A DNA stretch of 64,000 nucleotides from Lama guanicoe. Its lineage: Eukaryota. Below the pieces are notes generated by a model. The model was not told the DNA's origin and did not search any database. It worked only from the letters and a program-made list of their open reading frames with translations. A program made the position numbers and the translations under genes. Shown here piece by piece: positions 1-13,079 of the stretch. Every line of letters starts with the position of its first letter. Position 1 is the stretch's first letter. The DNA lies in the NCBI GenBank assembly GCA_013239625.1, contig MU053418.1:1-64000 (forward strand), read 5' to 3'.

Positions 1-12
1 CAGCAACCTCAC

Positions 13-285
13 CTCACACCAGGAGCCAGACAGACACCCTCGTGACCCCGTTGGATTAGCTGGCCATGCACTGGTACTGCCCGGCGTCACTGGGGATGAT
101 GTCACTGACCTCCAAGGACAGGTTGGCCAGCTGTGTGACTCTGCCCATTGAGGCTGACAGGACTTGCCAGTCCCGGACCCATGTCAGGTTGTAGGGGGGC
201 TCGCCCAGGACCCGGCAGGACAGGATGGTGGTCTCTCCTGGGCACATGGTCACACTGGGGACAGGGACCAACTGCGGTGGGGGTT
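13..285 (-). pseudogene. HMCN2: HMCN2-like (hemicentin-2) Ig-domain exon with two in-frame stops
   Basis: Translates [43 protein letters not shown]...[21 protein letters not shown], matching hemicentin-2 as recalled. Bounded by ttcctgcag| and |gtgagg; 273 nt, phase 1-1. TAA at 56-58 and TGA at 14-16. Confidence 0.88.
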
Positions 286-1752
286 CTGCAGGAACAGGAA
301 TACAGGAGGCACTAAGGGGCTGACATGGGGAGGGGGACATCCTGCAGGCCCACCATGCTGGGATGGCACCACCCTACGTCCATCACACACCCGCCGAGGG
401 TTGCACGTGTGTGCCTGCTCTCCACACATCGGCCAAATGCAATATTTAGAAGAGCCACACCACTCTTCACACCCTTTGAGCCAATAATTCCACCCTGGGG
501 AATAAAGCCTCAGACAAATACAGAGCTATTCTCTGTACACTCAGCGGCCAAACGTGGAACTAAAAAAGACCACTGCCCACAGGAGGCAAGACTAAGAAAC
601 CCACTCTCTCTCAAGAGGAAAAGGCCATAAGAAGTGACAGATCAGAGGCCATCTAACCAGGAACTGGGCTGAGAACCTGCAGGAAGGATGCTGGGTCCAC
701 ATGCCAATGACCATGATGTCCAAGCATCCTAAAGGGGGAATCTGACTCTGGACCAAATCAAATAGCATTAAGTATTACTTACTGTTCATTTCATTAGGTT
801 CAATCACAGAATCTTTATTACACAGGAAAATCAATTTTTTTAAAAAAAAGAGACACATACTGAAATGTCACATCGACTACAATTTACTTTTTATAAGTTT
901 AACTATAAAGTGAAAAAGCAAATACGACAAAAGATTAGCACTCGTTAGGTCTGATAAACGCATATGCAAGTTTCCTTACTCTGTTTTACTTTTCTCTGCT
1001 CACCACTTATAAACAGTAAAATATTTGCTGACATGCTAGTGTTAGATGACAAATTATCCCATTTTTGTCAAAATGCACACATAGATAAAGGTCCAAAAGG
1101 CAGTAAATCTGAATGCTCTCAAGGTCCTCTCCACAATGGAGGGGTCATAGGTCATTTCCATCTCCTTTTGCTGGTTTATATTCCCCAGTTCCTATAAGGA
1201 GCATGCGTGATTTTGTGTGCAATTAGGAATACAGAGTGGTGATCTCTCCATGTTCTTTGGGCCCCTTTTCTTCTCTTCAAGAGAGCTTAGGCTTATTATT
1301 TTTAAAATAAAGCCAATTTCATTTCAGGGGGGTCTGCGGTGTTTCCAACCTTCCTGAGCCCAGTGGTGCCACGTGGCTGGGCCTGGAGGAATTAAGGGAT
1401 CCTGACTACAAGATAGACAATGATTCTTGGAAGGGCCTCGGAGCTGACCAGGCCCCAGACACCAGACCAAGAAGTCAAGGGTGGGATTGAGGCTGGGGGC
1501 TGGGGCCATGGCCCAAGTGCTGGTTCTCAACCTTCCTGCAACTGAGGCCCACAGGCCATTCGTGGCTGAGACAGGCCAAACGGGAGCCAGCAGGCAGGTG
1601 CAGCATGAGCATCAGACTCTGGATGATGGACAGCCCCCAGCAGCTGGCTGGCACGCTCGCTCATGGATGGAGAAACCCTGGGAGGAAATCCTAGAGGGAG
1701 AACCAGGAAGAGGGTAGGGAGGGTATATGCAGATGGGCCCAAAGGGAAAGAC

Positions 1753-1874
1753 CTGTGACAACAGTCTGGGTCTTTGCTCGTCGGGTCCCAGCCCTGCTGA
1801 TCGCTGTGCACTCATAGGTGCCTGCCTCGGCCTTGGAGGCCCATGGGATCTCCCAGCTGCTGTTCCCTGACTCC
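1753..1874 (-). pseudogene. HMCN2: HMCN2-like exon ([40 protein letters not shown])
   Basis: 122 nt with gttcgcag| acceptor and |gtcttt donor. Phases 2 and 1 join in frame to the flanking HMCN2-like exons. Confidence 0.88.
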
Positions 1875-2366
1875 CTGCGAACACAGAACAGCTGGAGGCA
1901 CACAGTCGCACTGACCCCAGTCAAGGTCCTCCAGCCTCTTCCAGCCCTCAGGGGACTTGGTCCCCTGAATCCTGCCCAGAAGGGAGGCCCAAATCCTCTT
2001 GGAGACATAGTGAGAAGAGGCAGGCAGCCAAGGACATGCAAATCCCACGATATGCTGTGTGACTTTGAGCAATTCCTTTTCCCTCTCTAAGCCCTGGACT
2101 TCCAACCATTAAGGGGAAGGGGCCCAGTGGTCCTTCCTGCTCTGACCAGCGCAGAGCTGGGCCTGCATGGGTTGAGTTTTCAGAATCTGGGGAAGGCCCA
2201 TGACTCCTTCACAGGGCAATGATCCAGTAGTGGTCATGCTGGGAGGTTCCCAGGAACACATTATGACCAAGGCCAAGGTCCCACCCACTCCCCTCAGATC
2301 CCACCAGGGCACTAATCTCCCAGGAGTCCTGGGGCTGGGGACAATGAGCAGCCATCAATCACTAAC

Positions 2367-2511
2367 CGAAAGTGCCTCTCCTTGCCCAGCCTGGCTGCGT
2401 CCCACCGCAGCTGTAGCCGGAAGGGGAGGGCACTGTGCACTGAGAAGGAGACCAGCAAGGGCTGGTACAGGTAGCCATGGATCCTGGGGGGCATGCTGAC
2501 AAGGGGGGCAC
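2367..2511 (-). pseudogene. HMCN2: HMCN2-like exon ([47 protein letters not shown])
   Basis: 145 nt with cctgtag| acceptor and |gttagt donor. Matches the HMCN2 segment after the hemicentin motif. The recalled LLVSCSVHS reads LLVSFSVHS here (Ig Cys lost). Confidence 0.87.
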
Positions 2512-2659
2512 CTACAGGCAAAGGCCAGCACTCAGGATTCCTCCCCACACACCCCCACTGCATATCCTCACCACACCCAGCTACACAGAGCCCCAGAGGG
2601 ATGAAGCAGGGGCTGGGAGGCCAGGATTCAATCCCTGACTCCACCATCTGGTAGCCACT

Positions 2660-2790
2660 GAGAGCAGGAAGCATCACCTCTCTGAGCTTCAGTTTCCACC
2701 TCTGTCAAAGGAGGTTAATTGCATTACTGACATCACTGAGTCATTGCGAGGAGCTGGTGAGAGACAGAGCACGGAAAACACTCGGCATCT
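2660..2790 (-). mobile_element. MIR SINE fragment
   Basis: MIR core-like text acctctctgagcttcagtttccacctctgtcaaaggaggttaat; boundaries approximate. Confidence 0.6.
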
Positions 2791-4549
2791 GCACGTGGCA
2801 CAGTCAGCTCCATGGACAAAAGCTCCTGTGGTTGTTATGGTTTGTGAGAAGACTGACCAGGATGGACCAGGCTGTGCCACCATTTTCTCAACTGTATGGG
2901 ACAAAGAAGTCAGCCCAGCCCTGAAATCTGATGAAATGCTCCCCAGTCAGGACTCTCCAGGGCTGTGGTTGGGGCTGTGCAACTACAACTGTTTGCTGGA
3001 CGGTCAGTTTCACTCAAAGTTGTTGGAGGGAAGCCTTTTTTTATGTAACAATAAGCATAGTTGGAGCATGGCTGTGAACATAAAATTCACATGCATTTGT
3101 GAGATAAAGTAAGAGACTTCAGTGAGATCTCACAGCTTTGTGCTGAGCCTTTTGGGACCCCCATCAGACACCACTGCCCTCCTAGTCTGACCCTGGACTT
3201 GGGTGACACATAATTCTTTCCTTGGCTATTGGAATTGCTTCAGTGGAAGAGTCTGGGAATTGCCCCCCAAGGTCGGTCTCGGGCCTTCAGGGCTTCGCTG
3301 GGTGATTGTGGGCATGCGCTCAACCCTTGTGCTCCTCTCACTCCCATTCCCACCAGAGATGCTCCGAGGGTGAGACAATGTGCCAGACCTCCTCCGAGCA
3401 CAGAGCTGGGGGTGGGAAGGCGGTGGGTGACATCATGCTATGGGCTCCCAGCCACGTCCCAGGGGAGAGGGGTGTCCAACCATCCAGCCACGTCCTCAGC
3501 TGTGTGCACAGCAGCCACCACTCACCCCCACACACTGGAAGCCTCTGCAAGATCAGGTCTGGCTCCCTCTTACTCGGGCTGAAACAGTCCAAGGACCTCA
3601 GCCCCAGCCCTCCGCATTCTCATGTCTCCAAATCTACAGCCTCCTGCTCTCAAACTCCCAGCCTCCCAGACCTGGAAGGGATGGGAAGCAGCAAAAACCT
3701 AAACCCACCATTTTCATCTAGAGCTGACATGGAGCCCAAAAGCCAGAGTTAAACTCCAAACTCTTGGATCCACCTGAAAGGACAAGAGAGAGAAAAATAG
3801 AGGCAGTTATCCCCCTGCTGAAATTCCTTGCTGAAAATTCCTCCTCCAAGCTCTAAATGCCAAAGGATGAGGAACCCAGGGGCCACAGCAGGGGAGTGGA
3901 GGACAGGAGGCTAAAAGAAGGGGTCCCAAGCCCCTCACCCTGCCCTATGCTCCCCTACTCAGGTCCTTAAAGTCCTTCTCCTCCCCATGGGCACCTTGGT
4001 GCCCTCCCTGCATCCCTGTGCAAGGTGGTCAGGGGAGTCTGAGCCCCCTCAGGAAAGCTGATGCTGGAACATCAGTGACACCCACCTCTGTGAGCTGCTC
4101 CCAGGCCACTGCCAGGGGCAGGGCAATGTGGGCGGGAGGAAGGAAGGAAGCCAAGTAAAGAGGCCAGTGAACTCAGACAGCCCCACCTCCCTGCTAGGAC
4201 CAAAGGCATCTGGAAAGCCAAAGATTCTGCCCTGCCTTCTGGGAACTTCTAGCCTGGATGGTGAGACCTCAAGGACACACAAGAAACCAGCAAAAAGCCA
4301 TATATGTGGGAACCAACACAACTGCACCAGGAGGCAGAAAACACTGAGGTGAAATACATCAGAAATTTAGACCTAACTAAAAATAACTGCTTAAGAATGC
4401 AGCAGCCATCCCAGAGGCCTAGGATGGGGATACGGGTGAACTTACCTGTAGTTAAAATCCTCTGTACATCTCTAGGTGTGATTTAAAGGGTGTTGGAACT
4501 GAGCCCTGGCAGCACTCAGACACCCACACAGGTCACAGTACCGGAAATC

Positions 4550-4770
4550 ATCATAGTAGCTAATACTTACCAGGTGCCAGAGGCTTCACTGAGCATGTGG
4601 TGTGGGATATATTATTTAATTATCATCATCTGTGAAGGTAACTTCCAGCTTTGTTTCCACTTTCCACTAAAGAAACTCAGGCAAGGCAATAATTCATCTC
4701 AGGTCACATCGTTAGTGAGTGATAGACCCAGTGTGAGGGCCCGCACTTCGCCGAGCTCTTATACACCAGG
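4550..4770 (+). mobile_element. MIR SINE fragment
   Basis: ccactaaagaaactcaggcaaggcaataattcatctcaggtcacatcgttagtgagtgatagac resembles the MIR core. Confidence 0.55.
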
Positions 4771-4919
4771 ATATGAGGCTGTGGAGAACAAAGCCAGATG
4801 CCAGCTTGAGTTCCAGTTCCAGTTTGCCATTAGCTTAGTCCAGAGCCCAATACCTCTGGCTCACTTCTACCCCAGAACTGCTTATCCTTCAGTGTTTCCT
4901 GCTCATAGAGTCCCTGGAT

Positions 4920-5200
4920 ATGGAGTTAGGTTTGACTTGTTTCCCTTCTTAATCCCTACAATGAGTCACTAAGTTAGATCCATTGTTTCTACTTTCAAAA
5001 TGCTCTGTACCTGCCCCCCTCCTCGCCACCTCTTCTCTCCCTACCTTGTACCAAGCCCCATCATTGCCCACCTGGAGTAGTCCCATGGGCTCCCTCCTGG
5101 CCTCATCTCCAATCTCCCCAACTGGAATCCTTCTTTCAGCTGCTGACAGAGTGATCCAATCTACAATGTAAATCTAATTGCATCAAGTATCTCCCTTCCC
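4920..5200. mobile_element. L2 LINE fragment
   Basis: ccttgtaccaagccccatcattgcccacctggagtag...ctcctggcctc resembles L2 3' sequence. Confidence 0.55.
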
Positions 5201-5309
5201 CACTCCTTTAACAGGATTAGTAGCTTCCCACGACCAATAAAATAAGATACCACTTCCTTGGTTGAGCATATAAATACCTTCATATAAATGGAGCATATAA
5301 ATGTCCCAG

Positions 5310-5793
5310 CCTACATGTGCTAGGCAGGAGTCTATGGGATCCCCAGGGATCCCTTCCTTTCTTCTGTTATTCACTGTGTAATCTCCTCTCCCGACCCACT
5401 TCTAACCAGTAGAATATGGCAAATTGAATGGGATGTTACATCTAAGATTAGGAAAAGACCTTGCAACACGCATTGCTGGCACCCTCCCATGTGTCACGCT
5501 TTCCTTAAGGTTTGCTCACCTGGATGAAGCTGACTGCCATGTTGTGAGCTTCCCTATGAAGAGGTCTGGGGCCAATGGCCAGTGAGGAACTGAAACCTGC
5601 CAACAGCCACGTGACTGAGCTGAAAAGTGCACCAACCCCAAGTAGATCCTGGAGATGACTTTGGTCCTGATTGCAGCCTTGTTGGATACATGACCCAGAG
5701 CAAGGATGCACAGAAGCTGTGAGATAATACATGTTTGCTGCTGTAAGCTAGGTTTTAGGATGACTTATTAAACAGCAATAAATAATGAATGCA
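5310..5793 (+). mobile_element. MLT1-type MaLR solo LTR
   Basis: Typical MLT1 motifs: ccatgttgtgagc, gaggaactga, agaagctgtgagataata...tgctgctgtaagcta...acagcaataaataatgaatgca. Confidence 0.75.
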
Positions 5794-6309
5794 CTATGTG
5801 TCAGCCTTATCTTTTAGCAACTTCTATTTACACTCCCAATATTCTGATCACAGTGAACTTATTTGTCCCCAACACATCACACACTCGTCATCCCCACGCT
5901 TTTTATGTATTTTTTTCCCTACTCTTAATGCCATTTCTTTCTTTTCTGCCTGGTAAACACGTGGTTCTTCATCAAGACCCATCTGTAATAGGACAGCTGT
6001 TCAGCTGCCTTTCCCAGTTTACAAGTTAGCCGCTCCTCCCATCTGCTCCCAAGACCTTCACTTGTGCTGGTGAAGGGTGAATGGGTGAAGGTGCTCCTCT
6101 GTCTCCACCTTCTTCATCCCTGCTCCCCTCACACATGGTACTCTCCTCCCAGATTGAGAATCCCAAGTGGAAACAACTCTACCTTCATCTTCCTGTCATC
6201 CCCAGCACCTAGCATAGGGCCATGTACACATGTGCCATGATGCTTTTAGTTAGACAAAACTTAAAAAATTGATGTTACATGAATGAACCTCTTGGCTCAG
6301 ATTCTTCAT

Positions 6310-6432
6310 GTGTATAATAATAATCATCATAGTAAAATAACACTGTGCCATAAAAGCAATAATAACAGAATAATATGGTAATTATAATAGTAATGATATA
6401 ATAACACTACTAATAAAATATCATAATAATAA
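6310..6432. repeat. Degenerate (TAA)n low-complexity tract
   Basis: Repeated taataa/aataat units. Confidence 0.8.
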
Positions 6433-6723
6433 TGTAATAGAGAAGGGCAAATCTGACTCTGTATTGGATCTGAAGAGGGCTCGGCAGCCCGAGCATCTCA
6501 TTTGAGGGACGTCTTGCAGTTGGCAGGTTGAACTCAAGGCTCACTTCTGGAGGCTGGGCATGGCTCTCCTGGTCATGGAATCAGGGAAGGTGATAAGATG
6601 GACTCGGGGGGGCTTTTCTGCACCAGTAGAGCCCAGAAGCTTGGGGTTCAGCTGTAGTATCCTCCCTGGGAGGGCTTCAGGCCTGGCTCCAACCAGGTGA
6701 CTGGTCCAGGAGTGGCACAGACA

Positions 6724-6873
6724 GATGGAACGTTCCTTGACATCCCGTTGGTAGGCAAAATCATCATTCTTTTTCCTGCAGGATCCTGGCACACTTGTGT
6801 TGAGTGTGTATGATTTGACTTCATACTGAATTCCAAAGGTCGCAAGAAAGGGGCTGAGTTTCATGGCTTTCTG
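6724..6873 (+). repeat. 150-bp local duplication, copy 1 (copy 2 at 8505-8655)
   Basis: Direct alignment by eye shows about 5 substitutions and 1 indel between copies. Confidence 0.95.
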
Positions 6874-8504
6874 AGGCTGCTGGAGGGGGGCTGAGATGCG
6901 GGTGGGCATCCCTACAGATGCTCACCCTACGGACAGCCCCACAGGGTGGTGACAGCCTGTTGCCCTCAGGCTTGCCTGATGAGAGCAGCTGTCTCGGCCT
7001 GTCCCAGTGATGGCAGTGGACCAGGGACAGCATCATGGTTGTCCAGCACTGTCCTGTTGTGGCCTCCTCCCCTGAGGCATCTGGGTGTCCAGTCCCAGGC
7101 TGGGCGCTAGGGACAGAGAGGTCTTGAGAGGGCTCAGTTCCCAGAGGGTGACAGAGACCCACAAACAGTGAGACTATTTGAGCTGTAATCATGTACAAAG
7201 TGGGCAGACAGCAGGGGGAAGGCCTTTGTTGTTTTGATTGGGTGAAGAAGGCCTCTGGGGAGGAGGAGGCACTTAATCTGGGTCTGGAATCATGAGGAGG
7301 GGATAGCGATGTGAATTTCTAGCAGAACGCAGGTGCAGAGATTTGCGCCTGACACAGCCTAGCCCCCCAGGCCCCCTGCCTTGCATCTTGGAGCCCACAG
7401 GTTGCCTTTTAGACGCCTGCTGGAAGGCCAAGCTGCTGGATTAGTGCGAGGTCTTGGAGCTGGAGCTTAGTAGGGTGGGGAAGTTTCTGCGGCTTCCAGG
7501 TTTTCGAAGAAGGGGCACTGGCTGAGAGGTGATGCTTGCCTCTGCTACACTAATCCCCTGGGGTGGGAAGTCCTAGAGAGCTGAAGGCCTGGCAGGCGGG
7601 CATCTGTGGGTCAGCTTCCAAACCCAGGATGGAGACTGGGTGCCAAGGCTGAGACATGGGGCTCTGTCCCTTTGTGGCAGTCAGTCCTACCAGGGAGAGA
7701 GGGCATAGGCTGGTGGGGGAGTGAGTGAGATACACACTCATATATATACACACAAACACACACACACTCTGGAAGAGCTGAGACTTAGAGACTAGGAGGC
7801 AATAGCAGGAAGAATAAGAGAGAGAGAGAGAGCCAGAGAGATAGCCAGATAGAGGCAGACAAAGTCAGACAGAGGTTGGGATGGGAAGGAAGAAACAGAA
7901 GCTTCACTGAGCCTCAGTTCCCCATCTAAGAGGGCCCTGGGCCCTGGAAGGAGCGCCCAGGCCAGCCTGGGCCTGCTGTCGGGATGGCCTTGGCTTTCAG
8001 GAGGCCAGAGCAGGTGGAGGGAGGGAAGAGGCAGATGCAGAGCTGGCTTTGAGCAGCCCAGGGATGTTGGGAAGGCTGCGGTCAGGCTCCGTGGTCTGGC
8101 ACATCTAAGTACATCCAAGTGTGGCCCCTGGTTTGTGAGAGCCCGAGAGGTGGGGACTGTTATTAGCCCATTTACAGGTGAGTGATTGAGGCTCAGCAAG
8201 GTGGAGTGACTTGCCTGAGGGCACACAGCTATAGCAGTGGGCTTGCCTGCCTCCTGGGCTCATGTGCTTCAAATTCAGGGCAGCTCAGTGTTTCAACCCA
8301 GGTTCCTCAGTGACTTCAGGCAACATCTTAATCTCTTCTCTCTGCTTCTGTGCCTCCTGACTAGGATGGGGTAGCAGAACCCACTTCTCAGAGAGACCGT
8401 GGGGTTCAGGAATAGTCATTTGGGCTCCACATAGCACCTGGTCCCTACTATGCCTTTCAAACTCCTACTCATCCCCCAAGACCCATCCCAAATGCCTCTT
8501 CCTT

Positions 8505-8655
8505 GATGGAACTTTCCTTGACGTCCCTTTGGTAGGCAAAAATCATCATTCTTTTTCCTGCAGGATCCTGGCACACTTGTGTAGAGTGTGTATGATTTGA
8601 CTTCATACTGAATTCCAAAGGTCGCAAGGAAGGGGCTGAGTTTCATGGCTTTCTG
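8505..8655 (+). repeat. 151-bp local duplication, copy 2
   Basis: gatggaactttccttgacgtccc...tttcatggctttctg matches 6724-6873. Confidence 0.95.
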
Positions 8656-9879
8656 TATCTCCAGGCATAAGACCTGATACAGCGATGATCAGGGGATTTG
8701 GGGGTGAAGGAATGAGTAAGTGAAACATAGTGCAGGGTCAGGGGAGCCCAGGAAGAGATGTGTAGGCTCCGGGCAGAGATGCTGCAGGAGGCCCCTGGCA
8801 CTTGGCTGCTTTCGAGGTTCTCCAAGTCTCCCAGGACTCGTCCTGTCCTGATTTAACTTTCATAGCGTAGGCTTCCGGTGAATCCTGGCCAGGGAGCCTG
8901 CGTTCCATTGGCGGAGCAGTAAAAGTCATTAACGAGGAGCCGGAGAGCTATAAATAAGCCAGCATGATCCCACCCAGTGTTCCCTGTGTTTCCAGTCTTT
9001 GGGAGCAGGGAATCTGTTTTGATTCATTAATTGGCATAAGGATGAGGCCCCAGAGATTGACATGGCGCTGCCAGCCCTTCCCCACCCTCCTGATTGGCAC
9101 CATGCATCCTTACCCTCACTAGCTGTACATCTGCCACAGGCCACAGTCCAACCTCCAATGTGACCCTTTGGCCTCGCTTCCACCCACTCTCCTCAGGCCG
9201 GCCTGACCCTGAGGCCAGAGAGGTGAGCCTGGAAGTGCTCCAGAAGAGATACCCACCCAGGCACTGCTGCCTAGGCCAGGCCTCTGGTCCAGCCAACTTT
9301 CCCGTCCACTGTCTCCTCAGCACCCACTAAGCTCTTGGTGAAACCCACCTTAGAGTGGAGAGTTGGCTTTAAGAAACTCCCCTTCTCCAAATTGTGGGAT
9401 GTGGCTTCACTGTGTGGAAGATGTGAGCATCTGGGAACCTTAGCAAATTTGAAAACTCAGTTCACCAATGAGATATGGACACCAACAGTGCTTGTCTTGT
9501 GGAGTCATTATGAGTATTAGTTTGTTGCTCTGCTAGGCTGTGCCGGGAGCTGGGCCAGCAGCTGGGAGGGTGAGCAGTACACAGGTGCTTCTGCTCGTGG
9601 GTTCGTGGTTCAGAGAATGAGCCGACTGGCAGCGGCCACACAGAACAGCCCACAATTGCAAACATCAGTGGATGGTCTGCAGGCCAAGTACCGTGAGGGT
9701 AGACGGGTCATGGGAAGTTCTTTTGAGGAAGTCATAGTTACCCACAAAAAACACAGAATGAGGAGAGATAGCCAGCCAGCAGTGGGAAGTGGGAGGAGCG
9801 CTGCAGGCAGAGGGAGAGTGTGTGAGGAGACCCCCAAGTGGCGGGAGCTTGGGTATCTGAGTTGCTGCACAGGGGCTGG

Positions 9880-10260
9880 TGACTGGGAACTCAGAGCATG
9901 GGTGTGGGTTATGTGGGGACCTGATGGGGGTGTGGGCTTCATTTTAAGGACAATGGGAAGCTAATGCAGATTTTAAGCAGGGACAGCACAGTCTGGTGTT
10001 TCATGAAGGCTCTTCCACCACAGTGTGCAGAATGGGTGGCACGTGGATCCAGGGGAGGTTGGGTTTGTGGGGGCTCAGCGGGGAGGTGATGGTGGTTCAG
10101 ACCAAGGAAATGGCAGTGGAGATGGAGGCAAGTTGACAGATCCAAGATATGTCTTGGAGCTAAAACAACCAGGAGTTGGTGATGGCTTGGGTGCAGAGAG
10201 TGGGTCAGGGAGAGAGAAAAGTCAAGAATAAGGGGGTGGGTGGGGGTGCCCCTTTATTGG
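9880..10260. mobile_element. L2 LINE fragment
   Basis: ggcttcattttaaggacaatgggaagcta...ttttaagcaggg...gatggtggttcagaccaagg...ggcagtggagatgga is typical of L2. Confidence 0.7.
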
Positions 10261-13079
10261 ACTGGCAGACCAGAAGGGACAGGATCACACCCCAGGGAGC
10301 TCGGTGTTGACACACCAAGTTTGAGCTGCCAATGTACTCACCATGGGAGACCCCCTGGCTGGGGGTCAGGAGCCCAGGGCAGGCGGTGGGCTGGACCAAT
10401 AACAGGAATTATCAACAGGACTGGGGCATAATTTTGAAGAGATGAGTTAAATATACAAGGAAGGTTGATGATGCCATACAGAGAGGACATCATGTTGGGC
10501 CTGGGTCTGGATCTGGGTCTCAGGGAAGGCAGGAGGTGGGAGCAACCAAAGCTTATAAGCAGGGACCAACCTAAGATGGGAGAAGCTTTCTACCTCAACT
10601 TTCAGGACAAAAGCAGGCAGTCGTGTAGATCTGGTTAGAAGAAGTGGAGTGAGTTCTTTGCGATGGTGGCTTCTGTTTTTATCTATGAAGTATGAGCAAG
10701 GTCATGAGTTGGACTTGGGGGAGAAGCCTGGAAGGTTGGAAGAGAACGGGCAAGGGGGGTGAAGGAGAGGGTGCAAGTGAAGGTGGTGGGTGGGGCGAGC
10801 CCTGCTGAAGTACCTGACACAGCTCTCAAGCGTCCCCTCGTTGCTGGGTGCGTGGGTCTCTCTGACTCTCTGCTGTTTGCTCACAGACATGGAAGTGTAG
10901 GTGGGTAAGTTGACCTCAGGTTTGGAGTACACCAGGCATGCTGCTTAAGGAGAGAGAGGAGCAAGGGACTCTGCAACAGAGTGACTGTAATGATGGATGG
11001 ACAGAAACCAAACTGAGCAGGGAGCCGGGAGTGAAGGCAGGAGGGTGCTGGTGGGAGAGTCATTTAAGCAAAAGGTCTGCAGGACAGGATGCTTGTCAAG
11101 TCTATCCTGTGCTCGGGAGGGAGGCAGAGTGTTGGTGACCCTCCCCACTGGGGGCCTTTTGATGGTGAGGGGCGTGGGGCTCAAGGGCCTGCAGGGCCCG
11201 AGCGCTCTCACTTGCCTTTGTGTGGCGCTGCCACCCGTCTCCCCCAACTTGATGGTTTTGTTTACCTCTTAAATGTCTTAATAAAACATGAAAAATATTT
11301 ATTCTCCATAGATCAATAATTTACTATGAGTTATGACAATACTAAATTTAGTCAATTATTCATTGACTATAAAGTATTTATAAATGCTACCTTAATTTAA
11401 AGGATTCACCATTAGAATTCAAATATTAATAAAGCTGGTGCCAGCTTAAAGGAGGAATGGAAGGGCCCAGATAATGAGGGTGGCTCAGGAAAGGGTGAGT
11501 GCTCCTGGGTGTTAAGATTATTGGAGTAGCTAGCGAGGTGGTGGTACCCAGAGCCTGAGTTGTAGGGCAAGCAGAGGTGCTGGAAGGCCTGGGGGTGACC
11601 TGCTGGGCCCCCGCAGGGAGAGGTGATTCTTTCTGGAAGGACAGAGCTGAGCTCGGGGCTGCCCAGAGCCTGACTCTCTCTTCTGCTTGCCGCCTGCTGA
11701 AATCAGCAGGGCCTTGCCAGTGTGCTTCTCTGACGTGTGGGCACCTCTACCAGGCTGCTTTTACCCAGGCTGAGTGCCCTTTCTTGCCTTGTCCATCTGG
11801 AAAAGTCCTGTCATTCTTTAAGGGGTTACCCAGAGGCCAGTTAGCACATAAGGTTGAGAGGATTTGTGGCCTCAGCGGAGCAAGGGCTGTGGGGGTAATC
11901 TGGGACCCTGTCAGCTCTTTCAGGAGGAGCAGATGTGGATGTGATCGGGGCATGATGCATTCAGGGGACATGGTGGAGGGCAGGGATGGGATTGCCGTGG
12001 CCAGCATCATCACCAGGTGGTGGCACTAGGAACTGTGCATCTTTTCCAGCACAAGCCTTCTGGGGGTATGGCTTCCACCAGTCTTAGCCTGAAGATTTTC
12101 CAGGAATGCCCATGGACATGGAGAAGATGGATCAGTAGTAGTCCCCAGGGTGACCTCAATGTCTGGGAGCGCCTCTGTTATCTCCAGAGCCCACCTGTGG
12201 GCACTGAATGACTTGACAAGCCAAGGATTTGCCTTTAGCAGAGGGAGGCCTTTTTTGTGCCCGCTGGTTCCTTCTATGGGTCCGGCATTAGGCGGTGGAT
12301 CTGCCCCAGGAGTTTCTACCAGGGAAGGTCTGGGTAGAGTCAGCCATGGAATTCCAGGCTCTGTCCTCTGCTGGCCACCATCTCTTTCTGGGACTGGCTA
12401 TACAGGTACCTGGTGTCTGGTTCTGATGCTCTCATTGCTATTCATTCTCTGGTTGTGTGGCCCTAGCCAGACGGTCAGCCCTCTCTGTGCTTCAGTTTTC
12501 TCACCAGGGGATCAGAAAGCTCACCTGGGTAAGAACTAGGGAGACCTCGTTTGTCCTGTGATGGGGCCAGTGCTAGGCCTGGCACGTCCACCCCTGAGAG
12601 TCGTGGGTCTGGAGCATCCTCGATCAGCAGGACGCTGACATCTCAGGAGAAGCTGGCAGGGAGGTGATTGTGGGGCTGTCTGAGAGAGCTGGCCGAGCCC
12701 CCTGGATCCTCTTGTCTGGGCTCAACCCTGAGTCTGGGCTGCCTGTTCTTGGTTCCTGGGGAGCCATTACTTTTCTCGACCACCAGGCTCGGGTCAAGGG
12801 GCTCGAAGCTGCTTGCTGCTTTCATCTCTGCTTCTTACTTTCCCAGCTGATGAGCCATTCTTGGTGAGCTCTTATCAGTCCATCAAGCCTGCATTGTTAT
12901 CGTCAAGAGAGAGAGATCAGCTTTATGACTGTATGACACCGTAGGCAAAGAATTACAACAAAGGCTGCTATCTTCCAGTGAGCTGCAAAAAACCCTCTAA
13001 GCTGGAGAGGCGAGCAACAGGGTTGACGTCTACATTCCTACTATGCACCAGGCGGCGCCGATGGCTCTTCACACATAAA

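Noticed and set aside
1527..1752. Possible extra HMCN2 exon in the minus-strand ORFs
   Set aside because: Exons 1753-1874 and 13-285 already join seamlessly (VT-E-PPPQ), so this stretch is intron.
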